NCBI GenBank assembly: GCA_951406725.2
Contig: OX597837.1
Location: forward strand, 30,380,001 to 30,444,000
Source of the DNA: Octopus vulgaris
Taxonomy: Eukaryota
Length of the DNA stretch: 64,000 nucleotides
Reading direction: 5' to 3'
The number at the start of each line of letters is the position of its first letter. The first letter of the stretch is position 1. This document shows positions 27,401 through 40,925 of this stretch, in pieces. The translations under genes were made by a program, and so were the position numbers. The notes beneath the pieces were generated by a model. The model had not been told where the DNA came from, did no database searches, and saw only the letters and a list, made by a program, of their open reading frames with translations.

Positions 27401-27792
27401 AGAATTTAAAGTGGAAGGAAGATGATGACCAGCAAATAGGTGATATTAAATTGCTGAAGAAAACTCACATCCTTATATCGCAAGATGGGTTTTACCATAT
27501 AAATTGTATAGTGCAATTGAGGGTTAATAAAAATATTTCACAATATATCATATTGAAGGCTCATATTAAGAAAAATGGGGGAAAAGATCATATATTAACG
27601 CAGAAAAGTACCCATTCCTTAAAAATAACAGAATATTTCACAATGTACTTACCATTTACAGCCAAACTTCAAACTAATGACACAATCTATTTTGAGATGC
27701 AAGGGGCAGAATTCATAATCAAGGATGATAAAAGAAGCTACTTGTACATCTACAGCTTCTATTTAGATAATCCTCCGAAACATAAGCCTTAA
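27401..27792 (+). CDS. TNF-like gene copy B, terminal THD exon
   Basis: ttttag|AG; ENLKWKEDDDQQIGDIKLLKKTHILISQDGFYHINCIVQL..LQTNDTIYFEM..; exons 288+43+48+392 nt give an uninterrupted 256 aa protein. Confidence 0.85.
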
Positions 27793-28177
27793 CTCACAAA
27801 TAAAGAATTTTATCCACCAATGAATGCCACAGTGAACGCTCATTCTCATTGTTCAAGATTAATGTGTGTGTGTGTGCGTGTGCATGTGCATCTGCTTTTA
27901 TAGCATGTAAAGAAAACATTGTTGTAGGAATGTACGCTGCATGTGTACTACAGCAGTACTAAGCGTAACTTTCATACTAAGCAAATTATGCCTATCTAAT
28001 CTACAAAAAAAAATATTTTGCATTTTATGAATAGTAATCAGAGTAACCTTTATAATTTTGAGTTAGGTGCATATTTTACCATAAAAGGAAAATGTTAGTA
28101 TCGATCTATTTTATTCAAGGCAAGCACTACCTTGGCTACCTAGGCTGCATGTCCCTGATACATACATACATGCATAT

Positions 28178-28216
<39 letters not shown>

Positions 28217-28219
<3 letters not shown>

Positions 28220-28608
28220 GGCGGAGGAGTAGCTGTATGGTAAGTAGCTTGCTTACTAACCATATGGTTCCGGGTTCATTCCTACTGCGTGGCACCTTGG
28301 GCAAATGTCTTCTACTCTAGCCTTGTGAGAGGATTTGGTAGACAGAAACTGAAAGAAGCCTGTCGTATATAGGTATATATATGTATGTATGTGTATATGT
28401 TTGCGTGTCTGTGTTTGTACCCCCAACATAGCTTGACAACTGATGCTGGTGCGTTTACATCCCTGTAACTTAGCAGTTTGGCAAAAGTGGCCTATAGAAT
28501 AAGTACTAGGCTTCCAAAGAATAAGTCCTGGGGTCGATTTGCTTGACTAAAGGCGGTGCTCCAGCATGGCCGCAGTCAAATGACTGAAACAAGTAAAAGA
28601 GTAAGAGT
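28217..28608 (+). mobile_element. SINE family 1
   Basis: Head and tail present, small deletion. Confidence 0.85.
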
Positions 28609-28718
28609 ATATATATATATTTATATATATATGTAGTTCCCGGGTTGATACGGGGTTAACCACAGTAAGTAAGGTACTCAATACATAGCAGAGTAAAATT
28701 AATTTATTATATAGAAGG

Positions 28719-28769
28719 AGCTTCTACAGGACTAGTACTGTTTCATTCAAGAGAAATCTTCAGGAAGCT
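28719..28769 (-). ncRNA. Type I hammerhead ribozyme motif (inverted pseudo-LTR copy)
   Basis: Reverse complement of 32150-32200. Confidence 0.75.
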
Positions 28770-29951
28770 ATTTAACAAGAATTGTATTAGCATTTATACA
28801 TTTAGAGGAGTGGTGGTGGGGGACTTTTTGGGGGTAGGCATAGCGCAAAATATCATACTTGGGGGAGTGGTCAAGGTAATAAAAAAATAAAAAAATATAA
28901 AAAATAAAATAATAAAAAATAAAAAAAATAAAAAAAAGGATAAAATAAAAGAATAAAAATAAAAAATATAAAAAATATAAAAAATATAAAAAATATAAAA
29001 AATATATATAAAAAAAATCCGGCGACAGGATAAATCCAACCAAACTACCCTCGCCGCCCACATCTGGTACCTTAAAAGGAACTCAATCCCCTTCAAGACC
29101 AAGTGGAAACTACTACAGAAGGCGCGCTCGTACACGGGAGGACATACCTGCTGTGACCTATGCATATCAGAGAGCCTAGAGATCTTGTTCGCCAAAGGCC
29201 CTCTCCTTAACAAATTTTCAGAACACTCCCCAAACTGTATGCATAAGAAGTACGCGAACTACAAGAACTATAGACCTACCCGGCAACCTGATTGATGACA
29301 ACCCCCCCTACAACCCCCCCCCCCCAACCCCACTGTTCCCCTAGCACCCCCGATTACCTTTTCTCCTAAGACCTTTCACATATTATATGTGCACGCTTGT
29401 ATATGTGTATCGTATGTATGTATGTATATATGTATAGAAATGCATGGGTACAGTAGGAATATACGCATGTATTATGTGTGTGTGTGTGTATGTATGCATG
29501 TAAAAAAATATATATGTATATATATTTGCATGTATATATATATATATATATATGTGTATATATATGTGTATATATATGTATATATATATGTATGTGCTTG
29601 TATGTGTGTGTGTGTGTATATGTGTATATGTGTTTGTATGTATATGTGTATATATGTATATGCATATGTATGTGTAAATGTATGTGTATGTATGTATAAA
29701 ATATTATATAATTAGGGCTTAGGAAAATAAAATAAATTACTTTGCCACATACTAAACTTTCTAGAAATAGCAGCCAATAAAGTTTTTTAGCCTCTTCCAC
29801 TACTTAGAGAATTTTTTTCCCTCTAACATTGTTTACTCAAAATAATAATGGTCCCTTTACATACTGAACACTTGATGAAATTGATTAATAACTAATTAAC
29901 TTTACCCTCCCTTGTTGATATATATATACATATGTATATGTGTACATGTAT

Positions 29952-29983
<32 letters not shown>

Positions 29984-30617
29984 GTGTGTGTGTATGTGTG
30001 TATGTATGTATTTGTATATGTGTGTGTGTATATGTATGTGTGCGCGTGTGTGTGTATGTTTGTGTATGTATACTTGTATATGTATATGCATGAATGTATA
30101 TATATGTGTGTGTATATGTGTATTATGTTTGTATTTATATAGATATGTAGTTTATATGTATATATATGTATGTATATGCATCTGTCTGTGTGTGTGTATG
30201 TGTATATATGCGTATCATTTTTGCGTATGTATACATGTATATGTGTATATGTATGTGTGTGTGTGTGTGTACGTATGTATATATATATATATATATATGT
30301 ATGTGTATATATGTGTGTGTATATATATATATATATGCATGCGTATGTGTATGTACATGTATATATGTATGTGTGTATATGTATATATGTCTATATATGT
30401 GAGTATGTAGTAATATAAGTATATGCATGTGTATGTATGGGTATGTGTATCAGTGTATATGTATATATGTATGTGTGTGTGTATGTATATGTATGTATAT
30501 GTGTATATATGTATGCGTGTATGTGTATATATATATATATGTATATATATATATGTGTATATGTGTGTGTACGTATGTGTATGTGTATGTATGTGTATGT
30601 ATGTCTATGTATGTATA

Positions 30618-30675
<58 letters not shown>

Positions 30676-31183
30676 TGCGTGTGTGTATGTATGCATATAT
30701 GTATGTATGCATGTATATGTGTATGTATATATATGTGTGTAAGTGTGTGCATATATGTATTTGTAAGTATGTGTGCGCGTATGAGTATGTATGTATGCTT
30801 GCACACGTGTATATATATATGTGTGTGTGTGTATTTATATGGATGCGCGTGCGTGTGTGCACGTGTATGGGTACGCATGTATATGTGTATGTGCGTGTAT
30901 GCGTATACGTGTATGTATGTATGTGTGTGCGTAGATTTGTATATGTATGTGTGAGTGTGTATATATATATATATATATATATACATATATATAGATGGGT
31001 GTGTGTATGCGTATAAATGCATGTAAGTATGGATGTATAGATGTATGTATGTATGTATACGTATGTATGTGTGTATGTGTGTATGTATATATATGTGTGT
31101 GTATATATGTTTGTGTATGTATATATATGTGTATGTATGTGTGTGTATGTGTATGTGTGTATGTGTAGGTATGTGTATATATG

Positions 31184-31241
<58 letters not shown>

Positions 31242-31700
31242 TATGTATCTGTATGTAGGAGTATATATGTGTGTGTGTGTATGTATATGCGGGTATATAT
31301 ATATATATATATATATGTATATTTATTGGTGTATATGTATAGACTAGCCTCCTAAAGTGTAGACACGAATCTGTAGGTACGAGTACGTATGTGTATATAC
31401 GTGAACGTATGTAGATGTTTGTATGTATGAATATAACGCGTGCGTACGTGTATGTGTATGAGTGTACGAATGGGTGAATGTACGTGCTAATGAGTGTGCG
31501 TGCGGGAATGAGTACTTGCCTTCTAGTAGACAGACAAACGGACAAGCAGCTATTGCCAGGATTCTTAGCCCTAGCGATCAAAGATAACAAAAGTAATAAA
31601 TGAAGATAATAAAATTAAAATTAGGGAATGGGCCTGTATTGGATTGTATATATATATATGTATATGTATATTTGTATGTATGTATGTGTGTATGTGTAGG

Positions 31701-31753
<53 letters not shown>

Positions 31754-32149
31754 AGATATATGTGTATGTGCGTATGTGTGTGTAGATACGTATACATGTG
31801 TGTATAGGTATAAGTGAGAATCTCCTTATTTATCTATAACTCTATCCCCCCTTTTTTTTATATATATATTTTATATATATATTTTATATATATATTTTTT
31901 TTATATATTTTTTTATATATATTTTTTATATTTTTTATATTTTTTATATTTTTTATATTTTTTATTTTTATTCTTTTATTTTATCCTTTTATTTTTTTAT
32001 TTTTTATTATTTTATTTTTTATATTTTTTTATTTTTTTATTACCTTGACCACTCCCCCAAGTATGATATTTTGCGCTATGCCTACCCCCAAAAAGTCCCC
32101 CACCACCACTCCTCTAAATGTATAAATGCTAATACAATTCTTGTTAAAT

Positions 32150-32200
32150 AGCTTCCTGAAGATTTCTCTTGAATGAAACAGTACTAGTCCTGTAGAAGCT
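32150..32200 (+). ncRNA. Type I hammerhead ribozyme motif
   Basis: AGCTTC-CTGAAGA-TTTCTCTTGAAT-GAAACAG-TACTAGTC-CTGTA-GAAGCT: 6 bp stem I, short stem II, ACAG/CTGT stem III. Confidence 0.75.
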
Positions 32201-32220
32201 CCTTCTATATAATAAAAATA

Positions 32221-32268
<48 letters not shown>

Positions 32269-32793
32269 TACACACACACATACATTCTTTTATTCCTTTA
32301 TTCTTTTACTTGTCTCAGTTATTAGTGTGCGGCCATGCTGGGGCACTGCTTTGAAGAATATCAGTCAAACAAATTAACCCCAGGACTTATCTTTTGAGTT
32401 TGGTATTTATTCTGTCAGTCTCTTTTGCCAAACCACTAAGTTACAGGGGCATAAACACTCCAACACTAGTTGTCAAACAATTGGTGGGGGGATCGATGAA
32501 CGTAAACACACACACACACGACTCGCTTCTTTTAGTTTCTGTTTACCAATTATCCACTATAGTAGAAGGCACTTGCCCAAGGTCCATGCAATGGGACTGA
32601 ACCCAGAAGCATACAGTTGGAGAGCAACCTTCTTAGCACCCAGCCACTATAATATCTATACATATATATATATATATCAAATTTAAAACTATAAGCCAAT
32701 CGAATCAATCTAGAATAATCAATATCAAGCGGACAGATGAATTAGACTTATTGATATGTAGATGTCCGCTTGCTGTACTTGGTACATTCATGG

Positions 32794-32846
<53 letters not shown>

Positions 32847-33167
32847 ATTGATATTAATTTTATTGACTTTTTGTAGGGTTACACATTTTAATGAACTGAA
32901 CTGTTTTTTTATATATATATGTCTGCTTTAAATTTAAATGTGAGTGTATATGTATTTCCTTGATGTTAGTTATGGAACTAGGAGTCCAATATGGAAAATA
33001 ACTGTGTTTGTTAATGTATACTGATATATTTTGTTTATATTGTATTATTGTGTTAATGTGTATATGTATGTATATAAATATGTGTAGAATTATGAGTGTC
33101 TATGCACACATTTTTATATTTTATATTTTTATATTTGTATGTCAATTTTTTTCATGCTTATATTAAT

Positions 33168-33278
33168 TCTCTGAAGAGGCCGTGAGACATCCTTGTTAAT
33201 GTCTCATTTATACCTGCTTTATGTGGCTAATAGGTTAAATGAGACATACTTGTCCTCACGGCTGAAACAGCTGTCAGA
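33168..33278 (+). ncRNA. Hammerhead ribozyme motif with long stem II
   Basis: TCT-CTGAAGA-GGCCGTGAG..CTCACGGCT-GAAAC-AGCT-GTC-AGA; internal ATGTCTCATTTA/TAAATGAGACAT hairpin; canonical GUC site. Confidence 0.7.
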
Positions 33279-33445
33279 TATGATGTAATTGTATTTTATA
33301 TTTATATTTCTATGTCTAGCTATATTTACAATATATTATGTATAATGTCTTTGCTGTTATGTAATGGTGTAATAAAGTATTGATTGGGTATTATCTGATG
33401 GTTGATGTTTGATTGATTTAAGTATGTTTCTCCATTTTCTAATTT

Positions 33446-33529
<84 letters not shown>

Positions 33530-33788
33530 TAACTGCTTGCATATCTATGATATTTTGCTCTTTTCACCTAAAAAAAATATGATTATTATGTAATTCTTGC
33601 CTTCTTGAAACAGCTGTCAAGTTAAGATATTATATATTTCCTTTATAGTTTATAGGATATTTCTGATATCTCACCGATTCAATATTAACTGATATGTGTA
33701 TTGTAACATTAAATGATTGTATTGAAATATACTTCTGTAATGGAAATATATATACATATATTGGTAATATATTGGTATATATATTGAT

Positions 33789-33821
<33 letters not shown>

Positions 33822-35046
33822 TGATTATATATATATATATATATACATATATAGGTAATATATTGGTATATATATTGATTATATATATACATATATTGAT
33901 AATATATATACATATATATTGATAATATATATACATACATATATATATATTGGTAACTGGTTGCATATCTATGACATTTTGTTCTTTTCACCTAAAAAAA
34001 TTATGATTATTATGTAATCGTTGCCATCTTGAAACAGCTGTCAAGTTAAGATATTATATATTTCCTTTATATTTTATAAGATATTTCTGATATATCAATC
34101 GATCCAATATTAATTTATGTGTGTATTGTAACATTAATTGATTGTATTTAAAGATAATTCTGTAATGGAAACGTGTGTTGGTTTCTTGTATGATGTAATT
34201 CTGGATTAAAGATGTGTTTTTCTTCATTCTTGTTAATTTCTTCGGAATTTTTTTTTTAAAACTGAGCTAAATTCAGAGTTACTGATCAGGCTAGTACAAC
34301 CGTGGCTGTTAATTCCTTTCAGATTTAATGGACTCTACTTGATCGATATAGTTATCCAAGACTATTACAAAGGTATCTGCCTGGATTTTTGAATCCTCAT
34401 AACACCATTACTTTGTATGTATGTGTGTATGTGTGTGCATGCACACGTGAATGCATGCATATGTATGTATATACTCATGTATATATGTAACTAGTAGTTT
34501 ATTTCACCAACCCTTGGAGGAATGAAAAGAAAAATTGACCACAGTGGTATTTGAACATAAAAATCCCAGAGAAATACATGAAGGTATTGTCAGGCCACCA
34601 ACCTTGGAAAACAGGATAAAATAATATGAAATCATAGTGATAGAGAGAAAAGAAGATTAGAAAAAGGAAACAAGAAAGATTGTGTGTGTGTGAGAGAGAG
34701 AGAGAAGAGAGGAAAAAGAAAGTAACAGAGAGAGAGTGAGAGAGAAAAAGACTGTGGGTGACCCTAATATAATGTCAAGTGAGAAAGTAAAGTGAGGGAA
34801 GAGAAAGATAAGAAATATAAAGCAGAGTATTTATTTAATGTCATTGAGAATTTATTTATTCTAACGTTGTGTCATGGTTATTTGCTGAAAGTTAGCAAAA
34901 ATTTCCACACCAGCAACATAACATTTTATCAAATAGAAAGATATCTCAAAATCAAAGGAACATGGCAATCTATATTTGGAAACTCAGCCACAGGTGAACT
35001 GTGTAATTATTTTAAAAAAATGAACTTGAATGTGGCACATTCCTTT

Positions 35047-36075
35047 ACTCAAGCAACTGGTCAAGGTAGGTCACCTGCTGATACTCAAACAACTGGTTGA
35101 TATAAGGTGCCTGAGGGTCCTCAATCAACTGGTCAAGATAGGACACCCGTGGGTACTCAAGCAGCTGGTCAAGACAGGGTGCCTGAGGGTCCTCAAGCAA
35201 CTGGTCAAGATGGGGTAACTGAGGATCCTGAAGCAACTGGTCAAGGTGCGGTACCTGAGGGTCCTCAAGCAACTGGTCAAGGTGAGGTAACTGAAGGTCC
35301 TCAAGCAACTGGTCAAGGTAGGACACCTGTGGGTACTTAAACAGCTGGTCAAGACAGGGTGCCTGAGGGTCCTGAAGCAACTGGTCAAGTGAGGGTACTC
35401 AAGCAACTGGTCAAGGTAGGTCACCTGCTGATACTCAAACAACTGGTTGATATAATATGCCTGAGGGTCCTCAAGCAGCTGGTCAAGATAGGACACCCGT
35501 GGGTACTCAAGCAGCTGGTCAAGATAGGGTGCCTGAGGGTACTCAAGCAACTGGTCAAGATGGAGTAACTGAGGATCCTGAAGCAACTGGTCAAGGTGCA
35601 GTACCAGAGGGTCATGAAGCAACTGGTCAAGGTGAGGTAACTGAAGGTCCTCAAGCAGCTGGTCAAGATAGGGTGCCCGAGGGTCCTCGAGTAACTGGTC
35701 AAGAGAGGGTACTCAAGCAACTGGTCAAGGTGGGGTAAACGAGGGTCCTGAAGCAACAGGTCAAGGTGTGGTACCTGTGGTCATGAAGCAACTGGTCAAG
35801 GTGGGGTAACTGAAGGTCCTCAAGCAGCTAGTCAAGATAGAGTGCCTGAGGGTCCTCAAATAACTGGTCAAGTGAGGATACTCAAGCAACTGGTCAAGGT
35901 CGGGTACCTGAGAATCCTGAAGCAACTGGTCAAGGTGGGGTACCTGAGGGTCCTGAAGTAACTGGTCAAGGTAGGATAACTGAAGGTACTCAAGCAACTG
36001 GTCAAGATAGGATCCCAAGGGTCCTCAAGCTACTGGCTAAATAAAAGGCACCTGAAGGCCCTCAAGCAACTGGTA
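35047..36075 (+). repeat. 36 bp coding-type minisatellite (PEGPQATGQxxV-like)
   Basis: Recurrent CTCAAGCAACTGGTCAAG core; higher-order duplication at 35047 and 35397. Confidence 0.92.
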
Positions 36076-36307
36076 AAAACTGGACTGAACCTGAAGTGTG
36101 ACGGACCCCTTAATACCAAACCCCAAAGAAAAGGCACTTCCAACAACTTGGCTTGAATGTCATAAACATGCAATTTAATGCAATAATTGCAATTATTATT
36201 ATTATGACAACGGCAATCTTTATTTTGATTTTGATTTTTCCAGTTTCAGCTTATGAGCTGTGGCCATGCTGGGGCACCGCCATTTGGTGTTGCTACTTGG
36301 TTTCACT

Positions 36308-39303
36308 TCATGAAGGCTTTCTAGCAGCTGCTATTTGGTGCATAAGAGAGTTCGATGCAGCTGCCCTCATCTGCCCCTCCTGCCGTGAAGTTGGTTCATC
36401 TGGGACACCTGACAGGAAGAGATCCAGCTTCATTTTAAAGACATCTGTATCCACCCCATGCAGGTCTCTCAGGTTCTTCGGGAGGATATTGAAGAGCTGT
36501 GGGCCTCGGAAGCCCAGGCTATCACAGAATCTTGTCCTACATCTTGATGGCAAGTTTGGAGTCCTAGGCACCACGCAGTGGCGCCCAGTTCTGGCATTTG
36601 CGTAACTCTCGATGCCAAAGTTCAGGACACTTCCCTCCAGGATCTTCCAGATGTATATTATGGCATATCTTTCCCGCCTACGCTCCAGGGAATATAATTT
36701 TAATTTCCTGAGTCTTTCCCAGTAGCTTACATTCTGCATAGAGGCTATCTTCTTCGTGTAGCTTCGTTGGATCGCCTCGAGCTCTGTGATCAACTTGACA
36801 CTGGATGGTGACCATAACTGAGAGCAGTAGTCAAAGTGGCTTAGGACAAGTGTCCTCCAGAGGACCATCATGGTTTCTTGTTCTCTTGTTCTAAAGGTTC
36901 TGAGGATCCATCCGGCCAGTCGTCTACATTTCATTGCCAATTTAGCAACATGTACACGAAAGGTCGCGTCATCACTCATGTAAATACCTAGGTCACGCAC
37001 TGATTGTGCCTCTGGGATTGCTATTCCTCCGGGTCCAGTGTATTCATTGGGTATTGCATTTAGTTTTGCATGCTGATAGTATAGAGCTTGAAACTTTTCA
37101 GCATTGAACTGCATGCTATTCTTTTCGGCCCACTTGTATATTTTGTCTACCTCACATTGCAGGTGTTTAGTGTCCTCAGGGTTCTGTATTGCCTGTGAAA
37201 CTTTTGTATCATCTGCATAACTTGTGATCGTGGCTATCTGCGTGGCTGAGGGCATGTATGAGAGGGCCATTATGAACAGTAGTGGTCCCAGAACAGTGCC
37301 CTGCGGAACACCGCTCACTATTTGCGTGTTAATGGAAGTGGCCCCATTGGCCACTACCACCTGACTTCTATCTTTCAGAAAGTCATGAAGCCATTCTCCC
37401 AGTTTTCCAACTATGTTGAGATCACGCAGTTTGTTACATATCATTCCATGATCGACTTTATCAAAGGCCTTTGCAAAGTCGAGATATATCACTTCCACAT
37501 TTGAGTGGTTGAGCAGCCGTTTCAGCACCCAGTCATAGTGTTGTAGGAGCTGAGTTAAACAGCTTCTCCCTGGTCGGAAACCATGTTGGGTGTCGGGCAG
37601 CAAGTCATTTTCTTCAAGGAAGGTGATCAGCTTCCTTCTGACTATTCGTTCCATGTCCTTGCTGATGTGTGAGGTCAGAGAGATAGGTCTGTAGTTCTTG
37701 GCTTCCGCTCTGCTACCTCCTTTATGAATGGGGCATATTTTACCTTCCTTCAGTTTTCTTGGAAGTTTGCCAGCTGCAAGGAAGCTCTGAAAGAGGAACT
37801 GCAGTGGTCTTGCTAGGACTCTCTTACATGCTTTTAGGAGGATTGCCGGGAATCCATCGGGGCCAGTAGCTGAGTCTGTTTTCATTTCATCTATAGCCTT
37901 GATTACATCGTCTTCCTTTATATCGATGTAATCTATCGTCGCCGCCTCTGATTTTATATCTGCAGTGGTAAAAAAGTCAGTTGGATTGGTGATTTGAAGA
38001 TGCCCAAGGGGTGGAGTGAAAACACTCTTGAATTGCTCATTCAGTATTTCACTTACCCTCATTGGTTTTCCTGTAAGTGTGCCATCCTTTTCGAGGAGTG
38101 GCCCTATTCTACAGTGCACCGTAGCTGTTTCTTTGGCATACCTGTAGAAAGCTCTGGGGTTAGATTTTATGTTGTCTATAGCCCAGGCTTCTTTGTCTGC
38201 TCTTTCCTTTTCATGGGAGAGTTTCAGACATTTTTCGATTTCCAACAGTTTTATTTTTAGGCGGGACTTTTCATTGCTTTCAAACTGTTTGTTTAGGCGA
38301 TTTGAAAATTTTGTACGCCGTCTCATTAGAATTTTCCTCTCTCTGGGGATTTTGTTCTTGTGTACAGTGGCCTTTCTCTCTGGGACATATTTGTAGCATA
38401 TGGCTTGCATTACAGACATGAATTGTTGAAGTTTCACGTCGATGTCTGGCGAGGAGAGACATTTAGGCCAGTTTTGTTTGAGGATCTCTTTCTCAATTTG
38501 TTTCCAGTTTGCCTTATGGTAGTTCAAGCTGGAAAGATTCTGGGGTTTCTTGTAGGCTGCATGTCCGTGCTCTCTTTTGGCCCGTACATGGTCAGCTCTA
38601 TCATGTTGTGATCCGAGAGTAGTGTCGGTGTCACTTTCACATTATGGATGAGATCCATGTCATTTGTGAAGCAGAGATCTAGTGTGTTACCTGCCCTGGT
38701 TGGTTGGAGTATTACCTGCGCCATGTACAGGGTGTTGATGAGGTTCAGGAGGGACCTCGCCTGTCCTCGTTCACATCTTGTCATTCCTGGGAGAGAAAGG
38801 CCCTCGGGCCATCTAACATTTGGCAGATTGAAGTCTCCCATAAGAAGTACACTTATGTGTTGTTCTAATGTGGTTAGAACTTCTTCTATTTTTATAAGGC
38901 AGTCTTCAAACTTGCCCACATGGCTTGGGGCATCTGGAGGGCGATATGTAGCACACACAACTACATCAAGTTGCCTAATATGTACAATTAGTGTGTCACA
39001 CACCGAGTTTGAGTATGACAAGAGGACCTGGGGTGTGAGGTCCTCACGGATGTACATAGCAACACCTCCATGACTCCTTTCTTTCCTGTCGGTCCGTAGT
39101 ACAGCATACTGTGGTATGTGTAACTCCGCATCTGCTATGTCCGGTTTCAGGTGCGTTTCCGTTAGTGCTATGCATAAGGCTTGATTGCATGCAACAAAAT
39201 CTCTCAGGAACGGGATTTTTGTCCTGTTACTGAGTGTTTGCAGTCCTCTGATGTTCAGTAGGAGCATCGAGGTGAGGTGTACGTTGTTGCCGGTGGTGTC
39301 CAT
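36308..39303 (-). CDS. LINE ORF2 (APE endonuclease + reverse transcriptase), one frameshift near 38546
   Basis: EN motifs NIRGL, LTETHL, YRPP, GDFN, LDL, SDH; RT motifs YRPISLTS, QHGFR, LDFAKAFDKV, GVPQGTVLGP, YADD. Confidence 0.92.
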
Positions 39304-40139
39304 CCTGGGTCTGTTTGCTGTGGTGGTGGTCTGGTATATAGTGGGTAGTCCCACCTGCGGGCTTGGGTTTGATGAAGCCAGGTCAGCTGCTGTACAATCT
39401 TTTGTGCCATGCACAAAAAAGATTGTTGCTCAGCAGCTGCCCTTTCGACAACATCATGTTGGTGGTTTGTGGCACGCACAACATCTGCGTACCTCCGCTT
39501 TGGGGCAAGTGGTGCGTGGTCCATCCCTTTTCCTTGTGTTGATGGTTTGTCCATCTGCCTCGTGTCTCTGTGGCAGGGTCCCCGATGTGCAAAGCGGCAG
39601 CCTGCACCTTCCTTTCCATGCCAGCAGGAACCTCTCAGGTAGAACCTACACACCTGTGTGCGCTGTCCGTTTCCATCTTTTGCGGTTCCACTTCTATTCC
39701 TGGTTTTTTCACCCTTTGGTCCTGCTTGAGCTTTTCCTTTAGCTCTACCAGCCCTTCTTTTAGTTCTTCCTCCTCCCTCTACCTCTTCACCGGGTTCTCC
39801 GTATCCATGGCCTTTGCTGCCGGTTGGAGAACTTGCACCTGGGTTCACTTCCCGGGCAGGTTTCTCATTCAAAACCTCCTCCCGGGCATCCACCAGGTGG
39901 GGGTGACTTCTTTCATCGTTTCCATTCTTGTCATCTTTGCCTCGCTCGTTCTCAAAGATGGCATCAAGTGCGCCAATGTGCGACCGTACAAGCGCATATG
40001 AGCGCACGAATTCCCGTCTCTTTCGCTCCATCTGAGCCGCTGTCCTCTTGTAGCCTCTGCTCTTCAGCGCAGCCGCAATCACCTCGCTAGGGCTATCTCC
40101 GCTATCTCCCATGCTTGTACGAATAAAACCATCTCCCAT
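39255..40139 (-). CDS. LINE ORF1 with a CCCH-type zinc finger
   Basis: 294 aa ORF directly upstream of and overlapping ORF2; CRFYLRGSCWHGKEGAGCRFAH. Confidence 0.75.
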   Translation of the reverse strand: MGDGFIRTSMGDSGDSPSEVIAAALKSRGYKRTAAQMERKRREFVRSYALVRSHIGALDAIFENERGKDDKNGNDERSHPHLVDAREEVLNEKPAREVNPGASSPTGSKGHGYGEPGEEVEGGGRTKRRAGRAKGKAQAGPKGEKTRNRSGTAKDGNGQRTQVCRFYLRGSCWHGKEGAGCRFAHRGPCHRDTRQMDKPSTQGKGMDHAPLAPKRRYADVVRATNHQHDVVERAAAEQQSFLCMAQKIVQQLTWLHQTQARRWDYPLYTRPPPQQTDPGWTPPATTYTSPRCSY

Positions 40140-40249
40140 GCTTGTACGAATAAACCAGCTCGTCAGGTCTCCATGCTCTGGACATGCTGGATGATCTGTC
40201 TATTTGTTTATCTATTTAACTATGTTCGAGAGAAGACAAGAAGATATTT

Positions 40250-40925
40250 AATCTTAAGGCTAATTATGGGATAGAGTATTATTAATATTAACAATATTAA
40301 AGTTTGTGGGTAAAAACGTTATCTAATCTTAGGCTAATTAGGAGATAGAGTATCTGAAAATATGTTAACAATATTACAATTTTATTAAAGTGTGGGTAAT
40401 AATCGTTATTTAATCTTGGGGCTAATTAGAAGGTAGAGTATTCAAAAATATATTAAAGTGTGGGTGAAAAAGTTAAAGTGTGGGTAAAAACGTTATTTAA
40501 TCTTAAGGCTAATTAGAGGATAGAGTATCTGAAAATATGTTAACAATATTACAATTATATTAAAGTGTGGGTAATAATCGTTATTTAATCTTGAGGCTAA
40601 TTAGAAGGTAGAGCATCCAAAAATATATTAAAGTGTGGGTGAAAAAGTTAAAGTTAAAGTGTGGGTAAAACGTTATTTAATCTTAAGGCTAATTAGAGGA
40701 TAGAGTATCTGAAAATATATTAACAAATATTTAAAATGTGGGTAAAAAGGCTAATTAGAAAGATATTAGAGTGTGGGTAAAAAATTAGATGTTAAAGTGT
40801 GGGTAATAAACGTTGTTTATTCTTAAGGCTAATTAGAAGATAGAGTATCTGAAAAATTATTAACAATAAACAGTATTAAACGTTATTTAATCTTAAGGCT
40901 AATTAGAAGATGGAGTATCTGAAAG
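40250..40925. repeat. Tandem repeat array in the LINE 5' UTR
   Basis: Recurrent TTAAAGTGTGGGT and TAATCTTAAGGCTAATTAGA modules. Confidence 0.85.

Larger units (their letters stand above)
28636..32216 (+). mobile_element. 5'-truncated Penelope-like element with inverted pseudo-LTR
   Basis: Inverted repeats at about 28704-29016 and 31855-32215; GIY-YIG C-terminal fragment at 29017-29295 (TTLAAHIWYLK..W..CDLC..LLN..CMH, not in the ORF track); microsatellite-filled interior. Confidence 0.8.

Noticed and set aside
35030-36018. Leucine-rich LKQLVK and LDQLLE repeat ORFs
   Set aside because: Alternative and antisense frames of the 36 bp repeat; only the PEGPQAT frame resembles exon 1 of copy E.
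35047-36075. CRISPR-like repeat/spacer periodicity
   Set aside because: Eukaryotic context, the 'spacers' are related to one another, and there are no cas genes; it is a minisatellite.
36153-40090. Plus-strand ORFs overlapping the LINE
   Set aside because: Antisense shadows of LINE ORF1/ORF2; only the first residues of the 36153 ORF belong to the copy C TM remnant.
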